Positions 49,538 through 62,300 of a DNA stretch of 64,000 nucleotides are shown in pieces (the first letter of the stretch is position 1; every line of letters begins with the position of its first letter). Location: NCBI RefSeq assembly GCF_004010195.1, contig NC_057718.1, positions 79,127,852 through 79,191,851 on the forward strand, written 5' to 3'. A model generated the notes under the pieces. The model saw only the letters and a list, made by a program, of their open reading frames with translations, did not search any database and was not told the DNA's origin. The stretch comes from Chiloscyllium plagiosum (Eukaryota). The position numbers and the translations under genes were made by a program.

Positions 49538-50430
49538 GAAAGTTTGCAGATGACACCAAAATTGGAGGTGTAGCGGACAGCAAATTATCTCAGATTACAA
49601 CAGGATCTTGATCGGATGGACCAATGGGCTGAGAAGTGGCAGATGGAGTTTAATTCAAATAAGTGTGAGGTGCTGCATTTTGGAAAAGCAAATCATAGCA
49701 GGACCCATATACTTAAATGGTAAGATCCTCAGGAATGTTGCTGAACGGAGACCTTGGAATGCAGGTTCATAGCTCCTTGAAAGTGGAGTTGCAGGTAGCT
49801 AGGATAGTAAAGAAGGCAGTTGGTATGCTTTCCTTTATTGGTCAGATTATTGAGTACAGGGGTTGGCACGTCATGTTGCGGCTGTACAGGACATTGGTTA
49901 GGCCACTGTTTGAATATTGCATGCAATTCTGGTCTCCTTCCTATCAGAAAGATGATATGAAACTTGAAAAGATTTATAAGGATGTTGCCAGGGTTGGAGG
50001 ATTTGAGCTATAGGGAAAGGTTGAATAGGCTAGGGCTGTTTTGCCTGGAGGGTCAGAAGCTGAGAGGTGACAAAATAATGAGGGGCATAGATAGGATAAA
50101 CAGACAAAGTCTTTTCCCTTGGGGGGGCGGGAGGGTCCAGAACTAGACAGCATAGGTTTAGGGTGAGAGGGGAAAAATATAAAGAGAGACCGAAGAGGCA
50201 ACCTTTTCACGCAGAGGATGTGTACGTGCATGTATGGAATGTGCTGCCAGAGGAAGTGGTGGAAGCTGGTACAATTGCAACATTTAAAAGGCACCTGGAG
50301 TAGTATATGAATAGGAAGGGTTTGGAGGGGATATGGGCCAGGTGAGACTAAATTGAGTTGGGATATCTGGTCAGCATGGACAAGTTGTACCAAAAGATCT
50401 ATTTCCATGCTGTACATCTCTATGACTCTA
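49538..50430 (+). mobile_element. CR1 (HER1-like) LINE 3' portion
   Basis: KFADDTK and LYRTLVRPLFEYCMQFWSP; tail CTGTACATCTCTATGACTCTA. Confidence 0.93.
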
Positions 50431-50679
50431 AGTGGGAGTGGGACTGCAGGCAGGATCAATAAACTGACGATGGTAGGAAATAGGAATGCAGTAGGTTGGG
50501 GACAGATGTTAAGGAGGATTGATAGTCTCAAAAGCGGTTTTCCTGCTCAGTACCAGGTACCAGTCCGCAGACTGGAGGGGCATTAGTAGGACTAGAAAAA
50601 AAGATTCTGCTGGAAAATTTTGAAGTAAACTGATATTGGATAAATAAAGTCAAAATAAAGTATTGGTTTGTTATTATAG

Positions 50680-51010
50680 TTTATAGAGTCATAGCAGAGA
50701 AACAGACCCTTCGGTTCAGCTCATCTGCGCCAACCAGGTTTCCTAAACTACACTAATTCCATACCCCTCCAAACCATTCCTGTTCATGTATCTGTCCAAA
50801 TGTCTTTTTAAAAATGTTTAAACTGTATTTGCATTTACTTTCTCTGGCAGTTCATTCCGCATAAACCACCCTGTGAAAAAGCTGCTGCTTTGAAATAGTT
50901 CTCACTTTCAAAATATGCCCCCTAGTTTTTACCTTCCCCACCGTAGGGAAAAGACCTTTGCTATTCCCCTTACCAATGCCCCTCATGATTTTGTAAGCCT
51001 GTATAAGAGG
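50680..51010 (-). mobile_element. CR1 3' tail, inverted relative to 49538-50430
   Basis: Starts ATAGAGTCATAG; minus peptide QAYKIMRGIGK...KTRGH. Confidence 0.8.
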
Positions 51011-51289
51011 TACTGGCACTAATTCTGGGGTGGAAAGGAGATGTTCTGTTGAAATGGGCTTCAATTGAACCATACTGTGACCAGTATCTGAGCAAATTAG
51101 GTAACTAGGGCTGTAGAAATGGCTTTAAATAATAGTTGGGAGAAGAGAAATGGCTCAAAGCAAGAGTATAGAGCAACTATTTAGATAACAATACTCAGAA
51201 TGGGACCAAAAGGTACACAGTAAATAAACATTGAAGTATATCAAATAGGGGAGGGGAAGGAGGGGGAAAATAGTTTTCAAAAAAAAAGC

Positions 51290-53347
51290 AAAATTAATGA
51301 ATCTTTATTTGAATGCTCGAAGTATTCAGACTATAACTAATTAATGGCACAAATACAGGTTAATTGATCTTCTAGCCATTACAGCAAGAGTTACAAGGAG
51401 AACTAAATATTCAAGAATACCTGACTTTTTGGAAGGACAGTAAGAAAGGAAAGTGTAGAGGAGTAGTATTGTTGGTATAGGATGGTGTAAGATATACAGT
51501 CAGTTCAGAGAAAACATGTTTATAAGAAAGTCACACAATAACCGTGCCATTTAAACTCATGGGGCCAGAATCGCATTTTGGTAATAGGCAAGTTCGCATT
51601 CTACAAATAACAGCTATTCTTCAAATCATGTCAAAGCCAATTTGCATTGAAGAAACATGCTATAGCAGAACCAACTGTAATATTGGATCTGAAGATGAGG
51701 AAGCTATATGTGAAGGGTGAACCTGATAAAAGTCTAAAGGTCCCTCATAGTTGCAACAAAGTGAGAGAGAGAAGAAAGCATGAGATAATGAGGGCATGCA
51801 AAGGCAGTACAATTAATTATGGATGACTGATCTGTTTTTTTTGGGATAGTCTGATTGACAGCAATAATTATTAGGATGAATTCAGAATATATTTGGGACA
51901 GTCTCCTATAACAACTGTGAATCAAAAAGGAATGAGGCTATTTTGGATGTGGTGATGGTGATGTTTAAGGCAGTTTAATAAATGATGTCAGCGTAAAAAG
52001 ATGCCCTGAGAAACAGTGATCATAACATGGTAGATTTAATGTTAGAGTAGAGGAACATAGCACAGTTGTTGACAAACTAAGTTTAATTAAGGGTAATTAC
52101 AAAAGGAATGAAGAGGACTGGGAAAGGAGTTTAGCACCAAAGTTGATTGAGGACAGATGCTCAAGGAAATAGTTTGACTCATAGTAAAGATATGTCACAG
52201 CAGAAAAGAAGCATGCTAGGAAGAGGATAACCCATGATTTTGGAAGTAGTATATTAACATGGATAGGCTAATAGAAAACAAGATTGAGATAAGAGGGGAA
52301 TTTTCAGGATGGTAAACAACGATCACCTTAAGCTGTGTGACTCCAAGATTTCACACTGATCAGCATGCCAATTGTGGCACTGACTTCCAGTTCCAGAAGT
52401 TACTGCCACACATCGACTATTGATGGCCAGAAAGAAAGTTAGAGGAAACACTGATTGTAAGGTGTAACTAATGGAGTGTCACAGGGATCAATGCTATGTC
52501 CTCAAAATTCTTTACAATATGCTAATGATCTGCATGAGAAAAATATTACTCAATTTGCAGATGACAAAAATAGGTGGGAAGGCAAGTGGTGAGGATGACA
52601 GTCTACAGAAGGATGCAGACAGGATAAGTGATTGGTTAAAACTTGGCAGATGGAACATAACTTGGGAAAACAGGAGATTGTGCACTTTTGCAGAAAGACT
52701 AGGAGCTGAATATTACTTAAGTAGAAAAAGCTACAGACTAAGAGGATTTGAGTCCCCTTGTACACAAGTCATGAAAAGCTAGCATCCAAGTTCAGTGGGT
52801 AATGGGGAATGGAGTATATAAGTAGGGAGGTTTTGCTAAAATCTCTAAGGCACAGGTCAGAACACAGAATACTGAACAGTTTTGGACAATATGCAAGGAA
52901 AAGATAAACTGTTTTTGAGGCAGCCTGGAAAAGCTTCACTAGGTATGGGGGAATCTGTCTTAAGAGGAGAGGCTGAGTAGGTTGGGCTAGTATAAATTGA
53001 AGTTTAAAAAATGAGAGGCATGCAGTGTTCTTAGGGACTTGGCAGGATAGATGTAGAAAAGTTGTTTTTCTTTGGGTCAGTGTTGGACCAGAAGGCATTA
53101 TGCCAGCCTAAGGGATTATCCATTTAAAACAGATGAGGAATTGGAGTAGTGAATTTGTGGAATTCTTTAGCACAGGGCTGCAGAGGTTGTGTTGTTAGTG
53201 TATTCAAGGAAATAAAAAAGTGTGATGAGGAAAAAAAAAAATCAGGAAAGTGGAATTGAGAAGTATCAGATCAGCCATTATCACATTGAATGTCAAACTG
53301 TTCATGGGCTGAATGGCCTACTTCTGCTCCTACATCTTATGATCTTA
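51290..53347 (+). mobile_element. Old CR1 LINE (endonuclease to 3' tail, deleted and interrupted)
   Basis: LYLNARSI, NSDHNMV and FADD motifs; tail CCTACATCTTATGATCTTA. Confidence 0.75.
51497..51677. mobile_element. Tigger/pogo-type MITE, copy 2
   Basis: TA|CAGTCAGTTC...GAACCAACTG|TA; internal CCATTTAAACT(A/C)ATGGGGC shared with 14003-14219. Confidence 0.78.
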
Positions 53348-54432
53348 AAAATTGCCAACATTCCCTGATTTACCAGAAGGTATAGGATTGCCCACCTACT
53401 CCCAGTCATTTTCACTGTTCAAACTTCCACAATCTGGCTTCCATTCCATCATAACACAGACTGCACTGGTCACAGTCACCAAAGATTCTGAGTCCAACAC
53501 AGTGTCGTCACCTTATTCCTTGCTTGTAATACGGACCACCACACCACTACCAAGGTTGCCTACCACATATCAAAAACATTACCAACTTCATCACCAATGA
53601 TACAAGTCTTCATCCACCCAATGCTCCTCTCCAGACAAAAGCGCAAGTGATAGGGCATTAGAATCGAGAATTGCCCTATACAAAGTCTAACTCAAACTTG
53701 GCTTGCCATTCCTCAATTCCTACAAAATGCCTATCCCATTTTACAAATTCCCTTACTAATGTTACCCTCTAATCCTGTGCAAAAATAAATGCCAAAAAAC
53801 TGTTGATTAAGTGGCTAAAAAAGCATTTGTTGCTAACCTTAATCATATCTTCTTTAAAGTCATTTCCCCCCCCCATTTCCCTCCTCCTCCAATCTGAGCA
53901 ACTGTAAAATGCATGGGGCAGCATTAAATTTAATCAAAATTTGTGTACAGAATCAGTCACTTATGATGTGATTTATATAACATTGAGTTTGCTGTATTCA
54001 AGTTTAGTTGGTAATGCAGACGACAAATGGAATGCTGGCCTTCATTACAAAAGAGAATGGAGTATAAAAGTAGGGAGGTTTTGCTAAAAATGTAGTTTGC
54101 TGTAATGCATTGCTTTAAGTAAACTTTAACATCCTTTGTTTCAATGACACTTAATGGCTTAGTTCAGCCATCATAAGTTCAACAATGACTGGGAGTAGGT
54201 GGGAGATCCTATACCTTCTGGTAAATCAGGAAATGTTGGCAATTTAAGATCATAAGATGTAGGAGCAGAAGTAGGCCATTCAGCCCACGAACAGTTTGAC
54301 ATTCAATGTGATAATGGCTGATCTGATACTTCTCAATTCCACTTTTCTGTTTTTTTTCCCTCATCATATTTTTATTTCCTTGAATACACTAACAACACCT
54401 CTGCAGCACTGTGCTAAAGAATTCCATAAATT
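53152..54432. repeat. Local inverted duplication (arms 53152-53410 and 54184-54432)
   Basis: Arms align as reverse complements over ~250 bp, roughly 93% by eye. Confidence 0.95.
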
Positions 54433-55229
54433 GATAAGCAACCTTGTATTTAAAATAAAGTTGAGTAACCTATTTCTCAAGTTCTGCAGGTGGGACCTAA
54501 CCTCAAGCAATGCCAAGATCTCCACTACAGGTAGATTAAAGAAGCAAACTGCTCATCTAGCTTCAGTAAGAACATGGATCAAACCACATTCTGTTGGCAC
54601 CAATCTGACTTGTCAACTGAGCCATCCAACACCCCTGCCACCCCACCAAAATAAAAAATTCCCAAGGCATTCAAACAACAAAACTTTTTACATCCCTTTT
54701 TGTCTGGAACAATGCATATTGATGTGTAAAATTTTATTCCAACAGATAGCTGAACATAAAATCCTTACTACCATAGTCTGAAAGGCACATATGGCTGTAT
54801 TATGAATTCAATTGAAAGAACAAAAATGTTGGAGAAACTCAGCAGCTAAACATTTCACATCAGACTAGATTCTGCTCCCCTTCCCCTGCCCAACCCAACT
54901 CTCTTTCAGTGTTGCTGTTAGGGGAAATTCTCCCTGAAAATTGTGTGCACTAAGAGCCCTCTGGGATAGCCAAGATGGTGTTAATTTAACATCCTTTAGT
55001 GCAAGACACCATTTTGGCAAAGAAGTTGAAGACAGAGCTAGTAATAACTACTAACAATGGTTAAAGTTTTCATTGACAATTATATTGCCTGTTGACATTT
55101 AACTATTTGCACATGATTTTGACAACTGGGATTATGTCTAATCACTTTCCAATTAGACCACCTGAATAAATCATTAAAAAGCCTGGATTAGAATATATAC
55201 CACCTTCATCCAATCTCAGCTTTCCATGT

Positions 55230-55700
55230 TCAGTTGCTGCTGCATATCAATAATATTTGAAGAACACTTCAACATGGTCAATGCTTTTCCTAGAAACTGA
55301 AAGTTAATGACACTGCTTTGCCATTTTGGAGACCGTACAGGAATCAAAAATGTTTGGTCATGATCATCTTGGTCAGGGTTTACGTGTTATGGTGGACAAG
55401 GGATAGAAAGAAATAACGCCATGCTGAGTAGCACCATCTGCTGCAGGATCCTCTTTTATGGTATATATTCCTCTCCCTTTGGAACTCCTTCAACAATACC
55501 ACAATCTAAATACTGTGGTTTCCTCTCCTTCAGTCCTTGAGCCATACAGAAATACTCCATTGTGCATCAGTGTACTCCACACCCTCTGTTTGAGGAGAAT
55601 GGAAGAGACACACACCCCACTATCAAAATTGCTTCTGAACAAAGATCTGTTTTAACATCTCCAGGCATATTTACATCAATGGAACTACCTGATCAACACA
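55230..55700 (-). mobile_element. Possible ancient RTE-like LINE C-terminal remnant
   Basis: Minus-strand FLYGSRT...FRLWYC and LTKMIM fragments only. Confidence 0.3.
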
Positions 55701-58700
55701 GCACTGCATTCTAAAAAAAAGACTTTCAATAAAGTTCTATTAGAACAGCATTCACTTGTTTTCTCCATTTCATCAGAACAATCTGTTTAAAAGAAACTAT
55801 TCTTTGAGATAATTATACCAATTCAAACTAGAGAATATCCAGGTTTGCCTCCTTCCCAATACCCATTTGTAGTATTAAATTATCTGAATTTTGGTCAATA
55901 AAATGTAAGCAATATTTTCACTTTAGTTTATGGCATTCTTTCCAAAAGGTTTTATGAACATGTTACAAGTTGTTCACCACTAGATGGTATTATTGCACCT
56001 TGCACATTTGTCATTAGCCATCATCTGTAGTAAATCTTGTAATACAATGAAAAACAAGTCTATGCTAGTTATTGATCTCATTTGTTCAAATGACACAACT
56101 TACCATTGTGGATGCTACAATGAACAGGGAATGCATACTTGCATGTAACTGATTTCAGTATTTTGCATGTGCTGAATTTAATGACATTTTCCAAAAAGTG
56201 TTTATTGCAGTTTAATTACAGGAATGAATTATAATAGATTACACCTTTCTGTGAAGTATTATTACTTTCAGAAATTGATGTATCCATGGATTTAGCATCT
56301 TTGCACCATCTTTAAAAATAACTGCAAAACAAATCAGTTATAAAGAGTCATTATTGGCCTCTGGGTCAGTAATCACCACATTAACTGTAATAAGCAAGAT
56401 TTCACGTACAACTGGCAGTCCTTTCAACTGACTTGTATAGCTAAATAATGTAAAACAACTTTAAATTGTAAATATCATTATGCTCTTAATTTTAATTTCT
56501 CAAACTAATGAGATGCAAACCATTTTAGACCCTGTAATGCTAAGCACTTTTTTTAGCCTAGATATGCAGCAGCTATTAATCAGTTAGATTTTGTGATATT
56601 AGCCCATATTTTCCACAGGCCAGATAGTTATGCCAGTTCAGGTAGGAGTTTAACAAAATGCACAATCCCCTTCTTAACACTCCAAGAGGAATTGCCCAGA
56701 AAATTGCATTTCCTGCAGGGCAATTTCTCCATGCTATTTAAATTGAAGACTTAAGGGGATTCTAAGACATTAAGTAAAATAGCTACTTATGAAATAGCCA
56801 AGTATTAAATGCATAAGCTAACTCTGAGTAACTATTCAGCAGACCTCATACTAACCTCACAGTTCCATACACACCTTACACTCCACCAGGCTGAGCCAAA
56901 ACACCAGGTGCTGGACCCAAGCTGACCCCATCCAGCTAAATCACCTACCTTGCCATTTTGCATTCTATCCTCTACACATCTCACACCCCAATTTACCCTA
57001 ACCACCTACCTACAGGCCACCTTTCCCACCCCCAAATTCACCTAGCATCTTACCCTCATACCCGATCCTCCCCAGACATCTAACAATCTACCCTCCCAGT
57101 ACCATTTTAAGTATTTGTAGTTAGACAGCAGATGTCAAAGTGGCTGTCAGGAACTTTAAATTTCAGACTACAGTCAGAATGGAGAGACAGTTCTGCATTT
57201 GAGGAAGCCCTGAGCAAAATCTCAAAATGTGGAGCTCTCTTCTTTCATAAATAAAAGAGCTGGAGTGGCAATCTGCATTCCTCGAAAAATACAGCTCATT
57301 GTTTTTATTTGTGGTGATGACTTTATTTTAAAGGCTACTTAACCAAGTACAACGCACACAACATTGACAGTAGTACATACCTGACTTGCAATGCCTAAAT
57401 ATCACACAAGATATGTTTACTTTGCATAAACTGCTCAAAAGGGAAAAAAATAATCAGCAATGTCTCCACTGCATCCTCTACATTCAGTGGGACATCAAAC
57501 CTGAAGACAGTTTCACAAGCTTTCAGGCAAAATGTAAAATCAACTTCAATAGATTGGAGACCAAACATAAACACTAGCACATAAGGAAGTCATTCAACCT
57601 ATCAAATCTGTTTCAGCTCTTCGAAAACCAATCCAATTAATTAGTCTCACTTGCTAGTTTTTTCCCTCCGATTCCTCCAATTTTTCTTCTCCAAATATCT
57701 ATCCAATTTCTTTCAAAGCATTCTACTGTACACCTGCCCAGTCGATCAGATCATGCATTCTAAATCTGAATTACATGTAAAATTGATTTTTCTTGCGCCA
57801 CCTCTGCCTCTTTCAACAGTTGTTAAATCTGCACATCCTCTATTTTAGCTTATTGCATCACTTTGAAATACAACATTTTAGACAATGCAACACTCCCTCA
57901 TTTGTTTCTTGAAATGAGGCTTAAACCCATGATATTCTAATTATTTTCAGAATATTTTGCGCTATCTCTGTCAGGGGTTGTTTCTTAGACAGTAAATTCG
58001 CTGTCACAACAGGAATATATGCAGGAAGTTACTTATATTTTCAGCAACTAACAAGACTATTCTTCTCAACTGGGCTTAAGGAAAACTTGCTGCCTCTTCA
58101 GTTTGATAAATTCTGAGAAGGCCGTTAAGTATTATCTTCATACAGTTACATACAGGGCAAGAGGTACCCGAAGACTGCAGGTTTCTGATACCTCAACTTT
58201 GCTCCCAAAGAAGTTTCTGGACTTGTTCAGTACCTTCCTAACTAAGCCTTCTTGATACTGGGTATTCACAAGCCAGAACCTCCCATGGGAGGTGGGGATC
58301 TCTTCAATGTGATTAAACTTCAAGGACATTCCTAAAGTTCATAGAGTCTGCTGTCACATGTAAGTTCTGATTGGAACAGCTGCTTCAAGGAGTCTGGTGT
58401 TAAACACATGAGCAACATCTCCCTTAGTAGAGCAGGTTTAAAAAGATTCTTACTTGAAGGCATGTTAGCTTGGGAAAGGACACTGCTATTCGGTGCCATT
58501 CCGGACACCAGACTTGGAAGATCTTGTGAAGGCACCACTGGTGCTACTACTTTAATCCTTGAGCTGATTTACACGGCTCTTCCAAAATATCCAAAGTAGT
58601 AGCATAGGAATAATTTCTGCCCAGTAAACCATACTACTGTTCAGGCTTTCAAACACTTCTTTTCCCTGTTAGCCAAAGACAGAGCTGTTCGAAATAATGA

Positions 58701-58796
58701 GAAATTTCACAAATCTGCCTTCAAAAAGGAGGCTCCCAAGGTATGGAAAACTACACATTTTCCAGGATCTTGCTACTGATCTCAGTAAGAGTTTTT

Positions 58797-59108
58797 TTTA
58801 GATTAGTTTAGATTCCCTACACAGTGTGGAAACAGGCCTTTCAGCCCAACCAATCCACACTGACCCTCCAAAGAGTAACCCACCCAGACCCATTTCCCCT
58901 CTGACTAATGTATCTAACACTATGGGCAATTCACCTGACCTGCACATCTTTGGACTGGGGGAGGAAACCAGAGCACCTGGAGGAAACCCACACAGACACA
59001 AGGAGAATGTGCAAACTCCACACAGACAGTTGCCCAAGGCTGGAATTGAACCTGGGACCCTGTCGCTGTGAGGCTGCAGTGCTGACCACTGTGCCATCAT
59101 GCCACCCA
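58797..59108 (-). mobile_element. HE1/V-SINE-type SINE, older subfamily
   Basis: Same architecture as 14538-14837 with more CpG decay. Confidence 0.9.
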
Positions 59109-59157
59109 TGTGAGTTGTTGTTGTGCTGCAGCAAGAAAAATGACCTAAGTTTTCTGG

Positions 59158-59321
59158 GTAAAGGCAGGAAGTGCTAGAGAAAATCAGCAGATCTGGCAGC
59201 ATCTGTGGAGAGAGAAACAAAGTTAATGTTTCTTCAGAACTCTTAGTATTCAGTCAGACTTGCCGAGTTTCTCCAGCAGTCATTTCAGATTTACAGTATT
59301 CCAGTATTTTGCTTTTTTGTT
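59158..59321. mobile_element. Fold-back Penelope pseudo-LTR mini-element
   Basis: TGCTAGAGAAAATCAGCAGATCTG is inverted against CAGACTTGCCGAGTTTCTCCAGCA; 10-bp TSD AGTTTTCTGG at 59148-59157 and 59322-59331. Confidence 0.6.
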
Positions 59322-62300
59322 AGTTTTCTGGTTGTCCAATGAAAGTCTTATTTCCATATGGAGGAGTTGGAAATAATCTGAAGTTCAGTTTCAGAGTGAG
59401 TGCCACTTAGAACCATAATCTGCATAGTGAAGCTCAAAGACTGAGCTTGGAATAGTTTTGGTTTTAGATCAACTATTGCATAGTTGGACAGTTTCCCAGT
59501 CAGTCTTACAAAGTATCTCCATGTCTGTGTGCAATTTATTGAAGGTGAGGTACTTCACTGCAACGAGGAAAAAATAGTTTTCACCAGACAGGTTCAGTTG
59601 GTGATGATCACATGCTCCACTTCGAAATTACCTGGAAGCTGGTGACGAACTTAGCTGACCTCAAATTTAAGGTTACTCCATAAGACTTCAGTTGACAAGA
59701 TTCAAAAGCTTTGATTACATTCAGAAAAAAAGCCATGTACAGCAGTTGGCGCTGTCAGCTGCATTTTCCTTTAATTTGCCTCACAATGAACATAATTTCT
59801 CTTGACAGAAACTGGAGTGGCTCTACAAGCAGCGAGACATTTCCTTTAATGAACTTTGCAGATACCAGGGCAAAAATATGAAAACCAACTCAGTACTTCC
59901 TAAATACAGCCCACAAGTACCTGGTCTTTTAAAATTTAAATACTACAATCTTCCATTGGCTTTTCATGGTTAACATCAGCTTATTAATGCTGACTTATTT
60001 TCAAAGACTCAGTGTGCACTGATCACAACCAGAGTCATTTTAAAATTCAGATTCAATTGTAATTCCAAATTCCACCTTACACATCAACATTATGGTTTTT
60101 GAAGTTGAGCCACAAGTGCAAATAAACAAACCTCTCAAACGTTGACTTAATGCCGATTGACACCAAATTGCACAACAACCTTTCACGGTACAGAATAACT
60201 TTTGCAACACATCAAAATATCTGGAAGCGATGTGAAAATATCTGATAACCAGAAACTAAAAAAATGAGAATATTCAAACTGCACTTCTCCACATTTGTTC
60301 CGAAAGCTACAAAATATAAATCAAATTTTAAGAGTAATGTTTACAAAATATTTGCCAGGTAGTACCAATGTTACACATTGGACATTATAACTTGAGTAGT
60401 TGCATCAAACAGCTTGGTCAATGTAATCCTCACTTTCCTCATGTGTTGGTTCATTTGGTCAAATACTATGCATGTACAGAAGAAAATACATACAGGTAAA
60501 CCAAAGTTTTGAAAAGTTATCAGAATGCAAATTTCCAAAATACTATACATACCTGTGTACATGTTGATCTCAAAAGTTGAGAATTTTTGGCTTAATAGTT
60601 TATAATTGTTGGCATACCTTATAATAGTTGACCTTCTATTTTCAGGTATCATAACTCAAACATTACAGACCAAATTCTCAAAATAGATGGAAATGATTGT
60701 GATGATAACACTAATCGATTTTATGAACTGTTCTTGTTTTTGTCATTTCTACTGGAATGTTATCTCACTCTCATTTTTGAAAATGAAAACAAAAAGGTGA
60801 TCTCATTTGTACACGAGACTAGGAAAATTAAGAACTGGCAGCAGGTGAAGCAAACGTACGAGTTTGTAGTTAACAGAGCAATGATCTTCTTTGGTTTCAC
60901 TCAAGGTTTTGTCTTGCTTTTTGTTTCAAACTATGAACTCAAATTTAGCACACCTCAATATTTTCATATGGAAGTTAACTCTTCAATTTTTGCCCAAAAC
61001 ACTGGTCTCAAAAATTCAACTTTTAACACTAGTATACATTTTAAACTCACCTTCTGGTTCTTATGCAACTCACCCTACACTCCCTAGATTAATGACTTTT
61101 GTAAGAGGCTAGTAGCACATGCTTCCTGCCAACCCAGGAGTTTAAAACTATTCAGCAACAGGACATTTTTGTGCACATCCAATTACAGTGTCTCAAATTA
61201 CCATCATGAAATGCAACACTGTCACAACCACAAACTGTTTTTGCCCAGTTCTTCAATGCTCTTTGTATAATTCTGTTGTGTACAAATAGGCTGTTCCATC
61301 CATCTACAGGATAAAGAAAGTACTTTAAACGTTACCTGACTGCAAGATGTTTGGGAGATTCAATAAGGTGCATTATATAAGTGCAATTTTTTTTTACAGC
61401 TACTAGTAATGTGACTGACTTGGTACATGACATTCACAATAAATTTACTGCCAGCATAATCATTTATGAATTTTCACTGAAGGGTTTAAAACATCCAATT
61501 ACAGGGAGACTCTAGATCACCAGAGTCATCACTACAGCAAATGATATTTGGTGACACCCTCACCAGAATAGGTACAGTATTCTCTCTAATAAATACACAG
61601 GGGATAAATCCCAAAAATAAAAAGCAAAAATCATGCCTGTCACCTTGGGTACAATTTAATATATTATTCTGTATATATGTTGCATTAATGTTATTAGTCA
61701 CCAAATCTGCATACTATGCCTCTTGCCAATTTTGCTGACAGTATCCACTGTAAAAAAGGGGAAAAAAGTTCTACTAAACTCCAATAAATTGATCCGTTGC
61801 TGTCAAGGAGTAGATTAGAACAGGGAACGGATCTCAAATCTAGCAGTATTTCTAGAATTGGGGCGGTAGGGAAATGGTGGGGTAAAAGGGTCCACAAAGA
61901 AAAAGTATTGAAAAAAAAAGAATCCATTTAATAATCATTGATATAAATGCAGCAGGTATTCAGATGTTACTGAATACTCAATTCCCAGTTCTACTCCAGT
62001 TTCACATACCTACATGACACTAATAAATGGGACCCTAAATAAAATTAAGTATCTATATTTAAGATCAGTGAATTTTCACTTTCGAACTGCTACTAACATT
62101 TGAGATATCAGTGACTTGTTAATGGAGAAATCAGAAGATGTATTTTCTTAACATCAGAGGAACAGACTGCTGACTGGGCTAAAAGAAAAATAAACGGAAA
62201 CTTAAGTTTCTTTTTCACTAAAAAAGTACAGCAATAAAGTAGCCAATGTTGTCAATATTGTTCATTTGATGTGGCTCACATTCCTTTAGATGTCACAGAA

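Larger units (their letters stand above)
58150..59900 (-). mobile_element. RTE-clade LINE remnant with a nested SINE and Penelope mini-element
   Basis: Minus-strand FIVRQIKGKC, FPYLGSLL, NSSVLSQANMPS and LKQLFQSELT across several frames. Confidence 0.7.

Noticed and set aside
53990..54090. 34-bp near-identity to 52807-52841 inside the spacer of inverted duplication 2
   Set aside because: It retains CR1 sequence that the upstream copy lacks, so an independent CR1 fragment explains it equally well.
56590..57300. Possible MITE with degenerate terminal inverted repeats and a C-rich core, loosely like 37500-37860
   Set aside because: Similarity is too weak by eye to call ends or a family.
58138..58599. 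ORFs that might be exons of a downstream gene such as AGPAT4
   Set aside because: The peptides match RTE LINE C-terminal motifs across several frames with stops; no acyltransferase similarity.
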